This document shows, piece after piece, positions 56,463 to 58,941 of a DNA stretch of 58,941 nucleotides. How positions within the stretch are numbered: position 1 is the first letter of the stretch; the number at the start of each line of letters is the position of its first letter. The position numbers and the translations under genes were made by a program. The notes under the pieces were generated by a model. That model saw only the letters and a program-made list of their open reading frames with translations, made no database searches and was not told where the DNA came from. This DNA is from a virus (Duplodnaviria > Caudoviricetes), in the IMG/VR virus record IMGVR_UViG_3300025276_000037, positions 1 to 58,941 of that record, one strand, 5' to 3'.

Positions 56463-58013
56463 TTAGTAGTATCCGCCCCTACGCGAAGATTTGAATTGTT
56501 GTATCTCGTCTTGTTCATCTGTGGGTAGTCGTATAAACCCACCTTGTCTAAATCGCATTAGCGCCATTACCATGGAGTCAACTAAGTCATCGTTACTAGC
56601 GAACGGGAAGCCCGCTACTTCATCTACAAGCTCTTCAGCCCAGCGCGTAGCTGGAACCCAGCACAGCCCTGAAGCCACAATATCTGTTACAGAATTCAAA
56701 CGTGCTAGCTTATCGCCTGAACCCCTGTGTGGAGTAAACTCCGATACGGGTAGTCCCATACGGCGCATCTCTTGGTATATAGCTACACCGGAACTCTTCT
56801 TCTCCACGATAAACGCATCGGGGTTCCAAGCCCCGTACTCTTCCATGCACATATCTTTCAGCTCTGGAAACTCCATCCTTCTCTTTATACTATTTAAGAG
56901 CATGATGTTGTACGCGTCAGTCTCTTCATTCATAAAGACGCCCCACGTGGTCAGTGCCGTGTAATCCGCACGGTTGTGCTTCTCTGCCGCCGAATCCAAC
57001 GACATGATTATAAACTCACACGCGGGAGGGCTTTCTCCGCCCCACATCTGCCACCACTCACGTTTTACAAGTGCTGCTTCTTGCGATGTGGGCTGCTGCT
57101 GGTACTGAGCGTTCCACTGGAAGTTAGGCATCGACGCTTTGGTACGTAACAACGCTTCTAAGTCAAAGAACTCCGGCCATAGCGGTTTTTCCACTATTTG
57201 CCCAGTCTCTTTATCTTCTATTTCTAGTATTGCGGGAAATTCGATCACTTCGTACTGGTCAGACCGCTCATTATTGACCATATCCTTAATTACACGGCCA
57301 GTCAGGTCATCCATATGCCATCTGGTCTGTATAATAGCCACTCGACCCCCCGGCATAAGCCGAGTTCGGGCACCAAACGTGTACCATTCGTACGCTTTCT
57401 CAAAAACAGAGAAGTTACCGTTGATAACGTCCTGCTCCGAGTGCGGATCATCAATTAATAGTAAGTCAGCACCCCGTCCCGCTAGTGCTGATCCCACACC
57501 ACAGGCGTAATACTCGCCTCCGACGCTAGTGTTCCACCGTCCGGCTGATTTAGAGTCTTTAGACAGGCCAACTGTAGGGAAGATGGCTGCAAATGCCTCA
57601 CTAGAGATCAAATTTCGCACTTTACGCCCAAAATCTACTGCTAAATCGGTGGTGTGGGATACCATCATGACTTTTTTGTCGGGATTTCGCCCTAAAAACC
57701 ACGCTGGGTAGAAAATAGACACTAGTTGGGACTTACCATGACGTGGTGGTATGTTTACACACACCCTATCACGTGTCCCGGCTTCAATAGCCATAAGTTC
57801 GTCGGCCAAAATCCTGTGGTGCTTACCCACTAGGAAGTCAGGCATCATTAACTTAGCAAATTCTATAAGGTCATCGTACGCAGCAGCGTTAGCTTCGCGC
57901 CCATCAAGCTCATCCACAATAGTATTAATCTCAGTGACTTCATCATCTGAGTAATTATCGAGGTTGTCCAACATTACTTGGACTTCTGCTCTTGTGAAGT
58001 TAGTCGTCGTCAT
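56463..58013 (-). CDS. terL: Terminase large subunit
   Basis: Walker A PPRHGKS, GRGADLLLIDDP, TRWH.DDL, nuclease SLDSA, VEKKSSG, DDLVDS; start at ATG 58013. Confidence 0.95.
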   Translation of the reverse strand: MTTTNFTRAEVQVMLDNLDNYSDDEVTEINTIVDELDGREANAAAYDDLIEFAKLMMPDFLVGKHHRILADELMAIEAGTRDRVCVNIPPRHGKSQLVSIFYPAWFLGRNPDKKVMMVSHTTDLAVDFGRKVRNLISSEAFAAIFPTVGLSKDSKSAGRWNTSVGGEYYACGVGSALAGRGADLLLIDDPHSEQDVINGNFSVFEKAYEWYTFGARTRLMPGGRVAIIQTRWHMDDLTGRVIKDMVNNERSDQYEVIEFPAILEIEDKETGQIVEKPLWPEFFDLEALLRTKASMPNFQWNAQYQQQPTSQEAALVKREWWQMWGGESPPACEFIIMSLDSAAEKHNRADYTALTTWGVFMNEETDAYNIMLLNSIKRRMEFPELKDMCMEEYGAWNPDAFIVEKKSSGVAIYQEMRRMGLPVSEFTPHRGSGDKLARLNSVTDIVASGLCWVPATRWAEELVDEVAGFPFASNDDLVDSMVMALMRFRQGGFIRLPTDEQDEIQQFKSSRRGGYY

Positions 58014-58608
58014 AGATTGTGTCGTCTTCTTCACCAAATGCTTCAGTTATACTGAGAGGTTTGCTTTCAACAACTACTGCGTCTTCTATTTCTTCGGGGT
58101 TTACGAGTTTTTCTAACTTACCACGCAGTTTCTCGCGTAGGTCGTCACTTGATTGGTGGGTAATCGTCACTTCTGACTTCTCTGCGAATAGTCCTACGTC
58201 CGATACCTTGCCTAGTAGCTCTAAAGCACGTAGCCGTATCTTGGCATCAGGGTTCTCCGTCTCTAGCACTAGCTTGTTGGTTACTAGGTGCCTTATATGC
58301 ACAGAGTTTGTAACCACGGATTGGCCGAATTCAGTAAGTATACTGTCAGTTATTATAAGAGAAGCTGGGCGTAGTTTCGCCATGTTTGTAGGGGTAGCCT
58401 TCTTGGAAGTGTGTACAGGGTTACCTGCATAGGCAGTGGCTAATGCTGCGGCTGTGTCTTTATCTTCCTTAGTAGGTTCTATGTCCAACCCATGCTCCGC
58501 TAGGAATAGCGCCGTATTAGCAGCCGCACTCGCCGAAAGCGTGAGGTCGGTAAAAGGATTGTCATCCGAAATAGGCACGCCTAGTTCAGGTTCAATAGAT
58601 AAAGTCAT
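58000..58608 (-). CDS. Terminase small subunit (putative)
   Basis: Overlaps the terL start; VTNKL..E......RLRALELLGK.SDVGLF. Confidence 0.7.
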   Translation of the reverse strand: MTLSIEPELGVPISDDNPFTDLTLSASAAANTALFLAEHGLDIEPTKEDKDTAAALATAYAGNPVHTSKKATPTNMAKLRPASLIITDSILTEFGQSVVTNSVHIRHLVTNKLVLETENPDAKIRLRALELLGKVSDVGLFAEKSEVTITHQSSDDLREKLRGKLEKLVNPEEIEDAVVVESKPLSITEAFGEEDDTIYDDD

Positions 58609-58639
58609 AATGTTTCGCAGGTGTTAACCAGTTTCCACA

Positions 58640-58667
58640 AATATACTACAAAAATTTTTTTTGTCCA
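58640..58667 (-). promoter_or_regulatory. Putative sigma70-type promoter of the late arm
   Basis: TGGACA - 16 bp A/T-rich spacer - TATATT, about 30 bp upstream of terS; same -10 hexamer as the 9009 promoter. Confidence 0.55.
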
Positions 58668-58692
58668 GCGAATTACAACGCAGGGGGGCTTC

Positions 58693-58851
58693 GTACCACA
58701 AATTAAAAAGTGGTACTCCAAATAGGGCATTTAAAGGGCTAGCTTTTGTAAAGAGACCTCTGCTAGCAGCGGTCTTACAGAATTCAAACAAGCACGTTAC
58801 TCGGGTAAAAAGGGGTACTTACGTGCTTATGGGGTGGTTAAAAAGTAACCA
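58693..58851. repeat. Array of four inverted repeats with recurring TAAAAAG
   Basis: GTACCAC/GTGGTAC (58693-58716), AGACC.CTGCTAGCAG.GGTCT (58754-58775), AAGCACGT/ACGTGCTT (58790-58828), TGGTTA/TAACCA (58835-58851). Confidence 0.75.
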
Positions 58852-58941
58852 GAAACGTATGGATTTGAGAAAAAAACGATTTATTCGTGTAAATTAGGAT
58901 TATACAGACACGCGGGACTCCGCACTGTGAGGCGGGGGGAG

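Noticed and set aside
58661-58897. 78-aa + strand ORF at the window end
   Set aside because: TTG start without RBS, overlapping a promoter-like sequence and the hairpin array; probably non-coding.
1-58941. Stop-codon reassignment
   Set aside because: TAA, TAG and TGA all end well-defined genes, and very long ORFs are intact in the standard code.

Overview
About 59 kb of a tailed dsDNA phage genome, probably most of it, with podovirus-like architecture: P22-gp10-like tail hub, large ejection proteins and no tape measure. There are two convergent arms. The + arm (1-14.2 kb) is early/replication: metallopeptidase-VWA protein, Rap1a-like secreted protein, VRR-NUC nuclease, family A DNA polymerase (Leu762 type), CsrA homolog, Cas4-like nuclease, HNH, SNF2 helicase, excisionase-like HTH, two SSB-like proteins and a primase-helicase. 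The - arm (58.6 to 14.3 kb) is late: TerS, TerL, portal, GroES, scaffold, decoration, Mu-gpT-like major capsid, small basic proteins, adaptors, tail proteins, lysis genes, tail hub and fibre, then four very large internal-virion genes (3829, 697, 690 and 2170 aa). Best leads: (i) a hydrophobic-x-x-G-G-x-hydrophobic tag shared by seven otherwise unrelated late proteins, a candidate capsid-targeting or processing system; (ii) a possible RNA-level regulatory layer (phage CsrA, an RBS-sequestering element after the capsid gene, a candidate anti-Shine-Dalgarno sRNA between the arms); (iii) a giant acidic repeat protein; (iv) a three-gene exported-protein cassette in the lysis region; (v) a hairpin array upstream of terS. 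All family calls come from motif recognition by eye; no searches were run. No tRNA, CRISPR array, integrase or reverse transcriptase was seen.
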